Assembly: GCF_006345805.1 (NCBI RefSeq)
Contig: NC_043006.1
Location: 73,842,001-73,906,000 of the forward strand
DNA from: Octopus sinensis
Lineage: Eukaryota
Direction of reading: 5' to 3'
DNA length: 64,000 nucleotides
Below are positions 1 through 12,168 of this stretch, one piece after another. The position numbers and the translations under genes are program-made. How positions within the stretch are numbered: position 1 is the first letter of the stretch; each line of letters starts with the position of its first letter. A model generated the notes under the pieces. That model was not told where the DNA came from, made no database searches, and saw nothing but the letters and a program-made list of their open reading frames with translations.

Positions 1-324
1 GGTCGGCAACAATTTGGTTAAAGGCATTCGGCCGACTGCTGCTAGAATCAAGTCCTGACGGAGAGAGAATATACGTGACCGTTGCCTTCGATAGCCATGT
101 CTCAAAGTCCCCGCTGACTGCTGCCAGTGGTCAAACGTTCTACGACCCCCTTGCCTCGCTAACTGCTACGTAGGCAATAGGGTTCTTCTTCCGGTGCTTC
201 GCGCATGCGCGAGAGGGCCCTTCCTTTCTGTGCCTTGGTGAAGGCACCAACACTCGCACGCGCGAAATAGAAAATGGACGGTGCGCGCGCGCGCACCGTT
301 ATAGGATCACTACACACTCATAAC

Positions 325-690
325 CAGCAACTACCCACCTTAACTAATTGACATATGCTTTCAACGTGCCCTACAATACAACATCCACGAACTCAGATAT
401 CCCAAATTAAAGAAGGATTTACAACCAAAAGCCCTACCATTCATCTCCACACACAGCCCACTTAACAATGAAGCCTTCGACACCATCCTTCAAAACATTC
501 CCCTGTTAAAAAAGGACCTCAGAATGAACTTAATCCTCCAAACACACACCATCATAACAAGCAAGAGACAGCCCAAATCTATGAAAAATCTCCTAATACA
601 AGCCTGAATACGCTCAACAACAACACGGAAGCCGTCAGTAAAAAAAATGCGGAAGACCCAACTGTGGGATACGCGTCAATTTAATTGTAT
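325..690 (+). mobile_element. Penelope-like element remnant (RT C-terminus / linker to GIY-YIG)
   Basis: Translates IDICFQRALQYNIHELRYPKLKKDLQPKALPFISTHSPLN...ITSKRQPKSMKNLLIQA* then, frameshifted, KKCGRPNCG; typical Penelope RT-to-endonuclease linker. Confidence 0.7.
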
Positions 691-693
691 AGT

Positions 694-940
694 TTAACTC
701 TGCAAAATTCGAAGCCCCGCGTTACCTGCACTCAAAGCTGAATGAAATGCAGAGACGAAACGCCGGCGCAGGAGGGATTGTTTATCGATATTATTATCGA
801 TGCATCTTTCCAGGTGCATATTACTGAGTTGGCAATAAAATGCAGGCGGCTTGTCGCATGTAATTTCCAGATCGAGAGAACTGGAAAAACCACGATGCTT
901 CTCAGGAGGATAAAATGTACTAATCACTTAGCCACGCGCC
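694..940 (+). mobile_element. Decayed CR1/L2-like LINE RT C-terminal fragment
   Basis: DASFQVHITELAIKCRRL matches DDTSFQVHITRMATKCRRL of the copy at 37899-38908. Confidence 0.7.
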
Positions 941-1730
941 TCTGCTCTCGTATCTACATACATAGAGATACATTTATATATACATGATATACACTTGTAT
1001 ATGTGTTTTTGTGTTTGTTGCCTCGTACCGCTTGACAGTGTTGGCTTGCATACGTTTCAGTAACATGGCAGTTTAGCAAAAAAGTGCAATAGAATAAGAG
1101 CAAGGAATAAGTGCTGGCGTTCATTTGTTAGACTTAACCCTTCAAAACTGTGACCCAGTTTGGTCGCATTCCAATGAATAGCTCAAATAAAATGATAAAG
1201 TAAAGCGACAGAAAAACATTTCGACGGCGTTTAATATTAGTAATATCGAAATAGTTAAAATTGTTAGTTTCAATGACAAGACTCAGTTGTGCCTGCAATG
1301 AAATAACTTACAGATGTTTGCAATAAAATTATTATTTAATGGTTATAATAACATAGCTAAGATTCAGTTATAATGAATCCTAACCTTGTTGGAATAAAAC
1401 AGTTTAGGAATACTTTCAATGAAAACACCGCAGCTGAGATAAAGCGGATGAAATTAGAAATTTATTAAAGTTTCTAGGCGCGTGTCATCATTCGGGTTGC
1501 TCGGAGCCCCCTCATAAAAGTTCCAAATGCATATAAATGCTGAACCACGACGGATTTTCAGGGAAACCGTTATTGTATCATGTTACAGATAAACTTGATA
1601 GATATCTGTAACTGGATACAATAAAATTTCTCTGAGAATTGGTGTTGGGCATCAGCAAGGATTTGGAAATTCTAAGGTAGGACTCGAAAGAAGCATAACG
1701 ATGAAACGTGCGTAAGAACTTTATATACAT

Positions 1731-1744
1731 ACACAAACACACAC

Positions 1745-1840
<96 letters not shown>

Positions 1841-1841
1841 C
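1731..1841. repeat. (CA)n/(TA)n microsatellite
   Basis: Direct reading. Confidence 0.95.
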
Positions 1842-2061
1842 ATGTTTACGGAATTTTGGCAGTATTTAATTAATGTAGACATCTAACGGTCATTGGCCAG
1901 CTACTGCAGGTTTTTTTCCTGAGATAGCTTATCTTATGGGCGTCCATAACATATATCACAAGACAAATCCCTCAGTAAGTGGCCTATGAGCGTGTCTATA
2001 GATTGAGTGTGATACATTGATGGCTATATACGCACGCTGGCATACACACATTCACTCCACC

Positions 2062-2100
<39 letters not shown>

Positions 2101-2102
<2 letters not shown>

Positions 2103-2405
2103 CCTTTATCTTTTACTTGTTTCAGTCATTAGACTGTGGCCATGCCGGTGCACCGCCTGGCGGACGTTTTAGTCGAATGAGTCGACCCCAGTGCAGTTTT
2201 AAATCCAGGTACTTATTCGATCGAATTCTTTTACCTAACCGTTAAGGGGACATAAATATAACAACACCGGTTGTCAAGAGGTGGTGGGGAACAAACACAG
2301 ACACACACACGCATACATACAGGCACTTGTTCAAGGTGTCACGCAGTGGGTCTGAACCCTCAACCATGTGGTTTGGAAGCAAGCCACTTACCACACAGCC
2401 ACGCC
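2101..2405 (-). mobile_element. SINE A, internally deleted copy
   Basis: Reverse complement of the tail CATGGC..CAGTC(T)AATGACTGAAACAAG and of the tRNA-like head. Confidence 0.8.
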
Positions 2406-2980
2406 TGTTTCACTCAGCCATGATTCAGCAAGGTTCATGCTATTTTATATATTGAATAAATTCGTTGTCGTAGCACAACATGTGAGAAAAGAAGAAGAGA
2501 TGAGATTGAAGGATAACATTTCATTGCTCTTGTTGCAAGCTAATTCATTAATGTTTTCGGGATTCAGTACTTCTGATCTGTATTGTAAAAGGCTAAACAT
2601 AAACTCAGAAATTTTTACAGGTATCATGAATAAATTGCTAAAGTGTTAAAAGTTTTAAAAAATTATTCTAGCTGAATAACTTACTAAATAAATTTAAATA
2701 AATTTCAATGATATTATTGTTATGTACATATTCGAAAATTAATCTCTGCTACAGTTGATAAAAGTTATGAGAAAACAAACTTGTGTTGGAGAGGCCTAAA
2801 CTGCCGTTATGAATAAATTTATATTTAAGACACACTATTAACAATTATTTCGTTATTTAGAAACTGCAGTGAAATATTAAATTCCCGAACAAACATGGAA
2901 ACACAGAATATAAAATTTTAGAGTTTTATTGAAACGAAAATAAAATTTTAATGCTGAATCAAAAATTGAATACAGTAAGA

Positions 2981-3020
<40 letters not shown>

Positions 3021-3722
3021 TACCTCTCTCTATAGAGAAATCAATGAATTGTACGCCGAACGTGGTAACTTTTCTAAGTGTTTTATAAAATAATATTCAT
3101 GTAAATCACAATGAAATCTCTTTGTATAGATATGTATTTCTTACATGAAATATGCAATAAATTATGTTTCATTTTATATTCAATAGCAGGTGTTGCACCT
3201 CCTAATGAAAGTGAGAGAATTACAATAAATTTTACAACTGAAACTAAGGGGTGCATATGCTCTTTTGATATATTTTGTGCAATATTTGTTACTTAAATTG
3301 TATTTTATGGCTTATCTGCAATGAATCTAAGATTTTAACAACAAACAATCTAAACACGAGCGCAAAGAGTATGTGTTAAATTCTATGCTGAACGCAAAAA
3401 ACATTTCTTCATTTCGCAGATAAAATAACATGCAATCATTGTACATTGGATGTATATTCTTCACACAGCTGTTATTTTACATGGCAAGCACTTGTTTCAT
3501 TTTACCATTCAGCCGGAACTAAAATTTGACAACAGAATTTTTTTTTTTAAATGCGGAAAAGCAAAGAAACTTACAAGAAATCAAACGTGTGGAGATTTTA
3601 CCAAAATAGAAACGCCTTTTGCGACACTAAACTAAATTCTTATAAACACGAATATTATATTTTTAGATGAAGCTATTCAGAATATAGAATTTCTGTTTCA
3701 TATAACAGTGAAGTGATGTTTT

Positions 3723-3833
3723 TTAGGAATTTGTGTCTTCCTCTTTGATGTAGAAATGTTTGGTTTTGTATGGATGTAATTTTGCATTATTTTTGAGAAG
3801 TCTTAGAAATCCAGTGCATTTAGCAGTGTGGGC
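3723..3833 (-). CDS. Putative terminal coding exon of an unidentified gene (AHTAKCTGFLRLLKNNAKLHPYKTKHFYIKEEDTNS*)
   Basis: Acceptor ttttttactccactcacaccatctag|GCC, phase 0, 36 open codons to TAA; phase-compatible with 3919-3989 across an 85-nt GT-AG intron; AATAAA on the minus strand at 2925-2930. Confidence 0.5.
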   Translation of the reverse strand, partial: AHTAKCTGFLRLLKNNAKLHPYKTKHFYIKEEDTNS

Positions 3834-3918
3834 CTAGATGGTGTGAGTGGAGTAAAAAATACAGCAATAATATATATATACATTTTTCCAGCAGTGCATA
3901 TACAGAAACTAAGTACAC

Positions 3919-3989
3919 CTGGTTGTTTGTAATGCCGAATCTGTCTTTTAATTTCTGCTGCCAAACTTTACTTCCAGTTGAATAGTAAC
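3919..3989 (-). CDS. Putative coding exon (xYYSTGSKVWQQKLKDRFGITNNQ)
   Basis: Acceptor ttatttcag|GT, donor CAG|gtgtac, 71 nt; only one frame is open (phase 1 to 0). Confidence 0.5.
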
Positions 3990-4353
3990 CTGAAATAACT
4001 TATTTCCCATTAAGCACACACAGAAATAAATTTATTAATATACATATATACACAAGCATATTTTCATAACACAGAGAGAAAAATACGCTCATGCACATAC
4101 GAAAAATAAGTATATACGCATTTCAAAAATATTTTAGATTTCAAACGTTATTTACATCGTCTTTTTGTATTCTGTCCTTGAAACATGTAGTATTTTAGTG
4201 TGGAATGAAAAATCAGAAGACAAGAAACTGGTTTCAAACATGAAGACAGTCATTGGTATTTACAGAATTTCAGAATAATATTTCTGGTTTGAACGTAAAG
4301 TTGAGAACGACGTTAAATCAGAACAACCATATAACCACATATTTATGACAAAA

Positions 4354-4805
4354 CTAGCAGTATAGCCCGGCGTTGCTCGGGTTTATTTTTTAGTTACGCT
4401 TAAAGCGGCAGACTTTGATGTCGCGTTAACAAACTCTTGACATAGTTTCAATCTTTTTCGAAAAGTAAATATTTTGCTTTATGTAGCTTGTTATTCCCTT
4501 TAAGTGAAAATTTTTCTGGTTGAAATGCACCGAAAAATGGCGACACAGCAGTCAAAATATCGTAAAAAAATAGGGATTTTCATAGAAAAAAAGCACTTTT
4601 TGTTGTAAATAATTTTGGTCTTACCATGGTCCGATTTGAAGTTTTTCCTCTACGGAACGAAGAGCAAGCCTTCTATCTGCTCTCTCAATTTTGGTCAACT
4701 TGCGCCGCAGGGTCTCGGAGGAGATAGTGTTAGTTGAAGGCTACCAAACCTGCCACACACACCCACACACACACAGAGAGACAACTTCAGCTTTATATGT
4801 ATAGA
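4354..4805 (-). mobile_element. Non-autonomous Helitron-like element
   Basis: Minus strand A|TCTATAC...CCCGAGCAACGCCGGG hairpin...CTAG|T; no TSD; same 3' end as 43314 and 48897. Confidence 0.8.
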
Positions 4806-4957
4806 TGATAATTAGAAGCTTTAAGATTTTGCTATTCATTCTAGTTTAAATAAATTCTACTGCCATTAAAGCTGCATAAGAATCCTAAATTACATTGTTT
4901 CATTATAATTATAGTATTGCATATGCAGGTGCATATATATGTGTGTGCATGTGCGCG

Positions 4958-5837
4958 CGCATGGTCTGATTAATAAGTATGCGGACTGTTCCATTGTAAC
5001 GAAGATAAAGCACGCAGAGTGAAGCTGCTTGCCACAGTCTAACCTTGCACTCTGCTGTTCATGTGCACTAAGTTTTAACGTTCTATTTCACTGTCGTTGC
5101 TTACAGTAGTGCTTGGAAGGAACGTGTTTAGCGTGTGATCGTCGAATTGACCATGGCAGAGAAAGTTGAGCAGAAAATCTGCATCAAATGTTGCCAAAAG
5201 CTTCGCGATACTTGCTCAGAGGCCTACGCAAAGTTTTCAAAAATTTTTCATCGTTCTTAACACAACCAAAGAGATCTTGTGCAACTGAAACCCGAGTATC
5301 TTTTTGGACAGCTGAAAGCACAAATTTGGTAGACACGCATCTCATACCGAAGTCTTCAGTGGTAATAGACTAAACTGAACCGTAATTAATGTGCACATCC
5401 TCTGATAATTCACGGATGGTGATTCGACGATTTCCCCTCAAAGCTGTACACATCTGTGATGTTTTTCTCAGCTCTGCTGGTTGCGGGCTTCATAGAACGT
5501 TCGTCAATATCGACATTTTTTCGGTTATCTTGGAAACGTCTGAACCACTCATACACTTGCGTGCGGATCATAAATTCTTCTCCACACACTTTCCGAAACT
5601 TTGCGTAGGCCTCTGAGGAGGTATTGCCATGACAACTTTCTCCGTCATGGTCAATGCCACGATCACCCGCTACACACCTTTCTTTCAAGCTCTGCCGTAA
5701 ACGACGGAAGTGAATTAGAACTTTAAAGCTTAGAACACATACACAGCAGAGTGCAAGGTTGCCAAGCGGCTTTACTATGCGTTCTTTAACTTCGTTATTA
5801 TGATGACAGTCCGGATACTTATTGATCAGACCTCGTA
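4958..5837. mobile_element. Fold-back mariner derivative made of two convergent 5' halves
   Basis: TIR-like GGTCTGAT(T/C)AATAAGTAT(G/C)CGGACTG at both ends; plus strand encodes MAEKVEQKICIKCCQKL..SEAYAKF; minus strand encodes SEAYAKFRKVCGE..TQVYEWFRRF..NDEKFLKT. Confidence 0.8.
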
Positions 5838-6164
5838 TGTATACACACATATATATACACACACACACATATATGTATGTTAAATATATATACATATGTA
5901 TATATATATATATATGTATGTGTGTGTATGTCTGTATATGAATCCGTAACCTCGTTGCGGCTTTAAAATCATTTTTCTCTCCGAAGATTCCATGAATGTG
6001 TGCGCGTATGTGTGGATATGTATACATGTACATGCATGGTTGCATATATATAGGCGTGTGTAGGCGTGCATGTATTTGTTTCACGCGAGTGTGCGTGAGC
6101 TTATGCATATAGACACATGTACGTAGGTGTGCGTGTATCTATGTACATGCGTGCTTACGCGATT

Positions 6165-6485
6165 TCATGAGCACTTTTACTTTTTTACTTGTTTACTTTC
6201 TCTCCTTCGGTTTTCCCCCCTTATTTAACGGTCATTCTAGTAGCCCTTTTGTCTTAAAAACGGTCAATTACATAGTAATTTCCCTTTGTTTAACGGTCAT
6301 TTTCATAGCATTTTTTGATTGCCTCAAACTGACGAGATGCCGGAGCAGTTTATACCGCCCCGACATCCGAAACGCGGAGTTTTATTATAGCAACCGAATA
6401 ACTGCCACGTATATTACAGATAAATTCCTCTATTTACATAACATCGAGGTCTCATTCATTCTTTTGTTGTTTTACCATTACTATT
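6165..6485 (+). mobile_element. Penelope-type pLTR-like repeat with decayed hammerhead motif
   Basis: T-rich element containing CTGACGA-GATG...CATC-C-GAAACGCG at 6329-6376. Confidence 0.4.
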
Positions 6486-6520
6486 AATACATACATATAT
6501 ATATATATATAGCATTTAAA

Positions 6521-6932
6521 GGTGCAGGAGTGTCTGTGTTGTAAGTAGCTTGCTTACCAACCACATGGTTCCGGCTTCAGGCCCACTGCGTACCGCCTTG
6601 GGCAAGTGTCTTCTACCATAAACTACGGGCTGACCAAAGCCTTGTGAGTGGATTTAGTAGACGGAAACTGAAAGAATCCCATCGTATATATGTATATGTA
6701 TATATGTGTGTGTGTATGTGTTTGTATGTCTGTTTCTACCCCCAACATCGCTTGACAACCGATGCTGGTGTGTTTACGTCTCCGTAACTTAGCGGTTCAG
6801 CAATAGAGACCGATAGAATAAGTAGTAGGCTTAACAAAGAATAAGTCCTGGGGTCGATTTGCTCGACTAAAGACGGTGCTCTAGCATGGCCGCAGTCAAA
6901 TGACTGAAACAAGTAAAAGAGTAAAAGAGAAA
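6521..6932 (+). mobile_element. SINE A, full length (tRNA head, CORE-like segment, microsatellite spacer, LINE-like tail)
   Basis: A/B-box-like head, TTGGGCAAGTGTCTTCT segment, tail CAGCATGGCCGCAGTCAAATGACTGAAACAAGTAAAAG. Confidence 0.9.
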
Positions 6933-7166
6933 GGGTATATATGTATGTATTTATATCTTATATATCAGTATACTTATAGTTTAGTACAAATTTACAGAAA
7001 ACAAAAGACGAAGAGGAACAACATGTAGGTGTATTAGTTTATCGCTCGGGAAAAATGGAAAAGAAGTCTGCTACATTTCGGGCCTGACACGCACACAGAC
7101 AGAGACACACACACAGACACAGACACACACACACACACACACACACCACACACACACATACACACA

Positions 7167-7202
<36 letters not shown>

Positions 7203-7652
7203 AACACACAGATACTCAGAAACACACAGATATGTATGTAATATATATACGCATACGTATATATCTATAAATGTATATATTTAGTTTCTCGTGTTTGAGC
7301 TATGTAAAGATTACTAAAAAGTTGCCTCTCATTGGCTGTTTGATATTATCGTGTTTCCGAAACTTTTAGTGCGAACATTTTGCTTTTATTTTCATGGTAC
7401 AACTTTTATTGCAGATTATGACTAGTTTCTAATAATCTTGCTAGATCTTATTATAAATGCATGCATTCTTTTAATTCCTAAATATAAATTCGAAAAAGAA
7501 GTATATAATAAATACAGAAACGTTTAGGGTTACTTCGTAAGCAGAGATACATAGATTGTGTATCGTTAATGCGTAAGAATATTGGCAACTTAGTCTTAGT
7601 TTTGACATTGGTTTGCATTTTCCATATAATACACTGGCGACTTCAAACATAC

Positions 7653-7719
7653 CAGGTATACCCAGTGACCTCTCTGAAATATAGTCTCATATAACTTGGA
7701 AAGTAATCATATTTTATTC
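7653..7719 (-). CDS. Putative coding exon (xIKYDYFPSYMRLYFREVTGYTx)
   Basis: Strong acceptor ccttatccttttcag|GA, donor CTG|gtatgt, 67 nt, single open frame (phase 1 to 2). Confidence 0.6.
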
Positions 7720-7974
7720 CTGAAAAGGATAAGGTTTCAGAACATGGGGAAATATTTAATTTTTCGTCTGTCTTTCCTTCTTTCTGCTTTTTGCTTTACA
7801 CCTCATGTGGATGCGTGTCTGTTTTAATTGTAGAAGTATAGAGAAGACAGCTTTCTTAAAGGTTGGCACAGTATGGTAATATAGAAGCGCATGCATGACT
7901 GTGTGGCTAAGAATCTTGCTTTGAAACAACATGGATTCGGATTCAGACCTATTGCATCTCGGACAAATACATAC

Positions 7975-8520
<546 letters not shown>

Positions 8521-9108
8521 CACATACACTATGTGGAAGCCCAAACTAGGAAACTATATCGTTTGTAGCCGCGTGAACGTACAGGAGAGTGCAATATATG
8601 CTTAGTTTTCCCGAATTTCAAAGAGATAAACACTGACTTTAGAAACATTTTAAAAAAGGAAAACGAAAACTAAACGAAAGCAGTGCAAAATCTACTTCGA
8701 CATTTCCGTGTCGGAGTTACGTCTACTTCTGTCACGATATATCGGAAAGAATAAGTTTCTTGATGAAGTGAAATGACAGAACGAAATGTTCACATATATA
8801 AACTTTGATGCAACCACCTGCGTACACGGATGCACACAAAAGTATACACATGTAAAACGCATATACAAATATACGTGTATATATAGAGGTAAGTGTGTGT
8901 GTATGAGCGCGAATAGTAAACGAAATAAATTGTAACATAATGCGAGATATATAATTACATGGTTTAATAAAATGATTGAATAATTGACAGAATTATGCAA
9001 ATAAACCTCTTATTATTTTATGAAGTTCACTTTCTTTACTACTCAGGCATTCATGTTATACGCTCACATACAGAAATGCATACAAATTATTCAGACTCAC
9101 GCCTTCCC

Positions 9109-9145
<37 letters not shown>

Positions 9146-9213
9146 CGCGTGTATGTACAAATATACACACATATATCTATATTCCTAAACATAAGAGGCT
9201 AATGCTCCATATA

Positions 9214-9466
9214 GGCGCGTGGCTTAGTGGTTAGGGTGTCAGCATCATGATCGTAAGATTGTGGTTTCGATTCCTGGACCGGGCGACGCGTTGTGTTCTT
9301 GAGCAAAACACTTCATTTCACGTTTCTCCATTCAGTCCACTCACCAAGCAAAACTGAGTAACGCTGCGATGGACTGGAGTCCCGTTCAGGTGGGAAGCAC
9401 GTACGCCATTGAAACCAGGAAACCGGGCTCGTGCGCCTGGCTAGGCTTTAAAAGAGCGCAAAAAAA
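9214..9466 (+). mobile_element. tRNA-derived SINE with CORE-like and V-domain-like segments
   Basis: Head GGCGCGTGGCTTAGTGGTTAGG..GGTTTCGATTCC; TTCTTGAGCAAAACACTT; CTGCGATGGACTGGAGTCCCGTTCAGG; A-rich tail. Confidence 0.75.
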
Positions 9467-9469
9467 CCG

Positions 9470-9985
9470 CTCCATACAACTCTTGTCTCAACTCTGCAAG
9501 CTGATCAGAAAGTTTTAATCATCAAGCTACCAAAACATTTCAACAGCCAGTATCCGGGGACGCAGCAGGTTTCAGTGAGAACTACAGTATGAAGGATCAC
9601 GTTCTCACCCTAATGCACCTTATAGTGTGAGTGAATGAAGCTGCTTCTGTGCATCATTTTCATCAACTACAATAACGTCAAATTGACGCCCTGATGAAAT
9701 CACTGGAAATGCAGGGAGTCGAGGCGCAATACACAAAACTATTCCGGGATGCAAACCCCGAATACTCCATAGATATAACTCGATACAGCACAGATATAGT
9801 CAGTCGTAAGCGATCGAGCTGAAAGGAGCATATACAATGAGATGCCATTTCTCCAAAGATCTTCACCGCATGTGAGGAAATGGCCACCAGAGATACTGAC
9901 TGGAAAAAGGGCACGGATGTCGACAACTATCTTCTAACACTGATCCGATGATTCGCAGATGACATTGTCCTCATCCTGAAAATAT
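9470..9985 (+). mobile_element. Decayed RTE-type RT fragment
   Basis: AGFSENYSMKDHVLTL, LEMQGVEAQY, DAISPKIFTA, FADDIVLI, with stops and frameshifts. Confidence 0.75.
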
Positions 9986-9989
9986 AAAT

Positions 9990-10378
9990 CAGCTTTAAGA
10001 AATGCTCTGGACACCCGATCATATGCTCCCTTAATGACTTTCTGGAGCTAAGAATCATCTGCAAGTACCTTAATGGTACTATGTTCAATGGAATCTGCAA
10101 TGTCATTGATATAGACAACAAAAAGAAGAGGACTCAGAACAGCACCCTGTGGGACACCGCTGAAGACTTTTGCTGGTCTTGAGTGGATGACATCAACCGC
10201 GCCACATGCTGGTTCCTAATTGTTAGGAAATGCCTAATCCATTGAAGCAGCATTGGATAGTTTCCTTAACAGTATTTTGTGGTAGACTCTGTCAAAGGCC
10301 TGGCTGAAATCAAGGCATATGACATCCGCATTGGAGCCCTCACTTCGTGCATTTAAGATATCATCAAAGTGGCGGATG
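9990..10378 (-). mobile_element. CR1/L2-like RT fragment
   Basis: DVICLDFSQAFDRVYHKILLRKL, then SAVPQGAVL-type and FADDS motifs after frameshifts. Confidence 0.8.
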
Positions 10379-10379
10379 T

Positions 10380-10428
<49 letters not shown>

Positions 10429-10964
10429 ATGCATGTATGTATGTAAATATAGAGGGAGAGTGATAGGGAGAAAACTAAATGTTTGCAACACCAAGCACAA
10501 ACACACACACACACACACACACAGGTGCATATATGTCTGCACACACATCGAACTACTGTTCCGAGAAGCGTCATTTTAAAGGAGATTTAAGAATCTTAGC
10601 GTAGGATTTACTGTTAGCGAAGGGTATTCAGTACGGGAATTAATGTCAAAATCACTAATAGTTAATTCTAACAGGGAATTCAAGTCTCGCCTAAAGACTG
10701 GCTAAACAAGTCATTCGGTGAAACTTGAAATAACAGTCATAATGTTCTATGATATACGTGCATGGCCGCAGTTAAATGACTGAAACAAGTAACGGATGAA
10801 ATATATGTGTCATAACAGTTCGTGTTTCAAATCCATTACACAGATGAAAAACCTTGTCTTAATACTTCAGTTGACGTCGAGCATTTATATCAGGGGACGT
10901 TTTATTTGTATGTTGGAAACATGCAACAATGTAGATCTACGTCAAAATCACGTATACCTGGCGT

Positions 10965-10965
<1 letters not shown>

Positions 10966-11035
<70 letters not shown>

Positions 11036-11040
11036 GTCTA
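10966..11040. repeat. (TATC)n microsatellite
   Basis: Direct reading. Confidence 0.95.
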
Positions 11041-11174
11041 TATATTTATATACACGCGCGCGCATGTGTGTTCGTACATATATACATACATGCATACATA
11101 TACATATATGTATGTATATATATGTACACATACACACATGCGCGCGCACATACACACGTATATATATATATATA

Positions 11175-11424
11175 TTAAATTAGAGATAAAACCACTATTA
11201 GGCAAATCAAACAATGAAAAACATAAGCCAATACATAAAATTAATTAATTTATATTATTTTAAATATATATTGCTAAACCTCGCTAAGATAAATATTTCA
11301 ATTAACCTGAAGATTGACTTACTTTTGATATATATTTAAAATAATATAAATTAATTAATTTTATGTATTGGCTTATGTTTTTCATTGTTTGATTTGCCTA
11401 ATAGTGGTTTTATCTCTAATTTAA
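11175..11424. repeat. Inverted repeat with ~96-bp arms that appear identical and a 58-bp spacer
   Basis: 11175-11270 is the reverse complement of 11329-11424. Confidence 0.9.
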
Positions 11425-11515
11425 TATAATATAATATAATATATTTTACTATAAAATTGGATTTAATCCTAAATCTGATTTTTCCCTGTAAGTTTGGATT
11501 CATTTACTAATATTT

Positions 11516-11553
<38 letters not shown>

Positions 11554-11825
11554 AATTCAGATTCAGTTGAATTAGGTACTTAAATTGAGGGATCTTGTTA
11601 GGATGAAGCAATTTGCTCACTCAGACAATATCAGGTGAATATGAAACTCTGTGAAGAATTTCCCCGCCACACCTGATTTTCTTGCAGTGTATGCAGATAG
11701 CATGATCTAACTAAGTGAATAAATCCGGCCTTGCTTGTTCCAAACGTGTAGTTTATGCAAAGATACTTTCCATAATACTTCCGAAGCGCACATTCCAGGG
11801 TATATAAGTAAAATATAAATGAGTG

Positions 11826-11988
11826 TTGGTGTGTTTATGTCTCCGTAATCTAGCAGCTCGGCAAAATAACCCGATAAGTGCCAGGTTTAAAAAATAAGTA
11901 CTGGAATCGATTTATTCGTCTAAAAATGCAAGGCGGTGCACCAGCATGGCCGCAGACTAATGATTGAAACAGATAAAAAGATAAAAGG
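11826..11988 (+). mobile_element. SINE A 3' half, diverged
   Basis: GGCGGTGCACCAGCATGGCCGCAGACTAATGATTGAAAC tail. Confidence 0.8.
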
Positions 11989-12038
11989 TTTATATATATC
12001 TATTTATAATATATTATATATATATATATAATATATTA

Positions 12039-12082
<44 letters not shown>

Positions 12083-12168
12083 ATAATATTAGGGAATAAA
12101 TCCAAATTTACAGGGAAAAAATCAGATTTAGGATTGAATCCAATTTTATAGCAAAATATTATATAATA

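Noticed and set aside
3189-3250. Plus-strand exon GVAPPNESERITINFTTETK
   Set aside because: No convincing donor; lies in the probable 3' UTR of the minus-strand gene.
4263-4282. 20-nt exon that would bridge the phase gap using a split TGA (selenocysteine)
   Set aside because: Weak splice sites, no SECIS identified, easily arises by chance.
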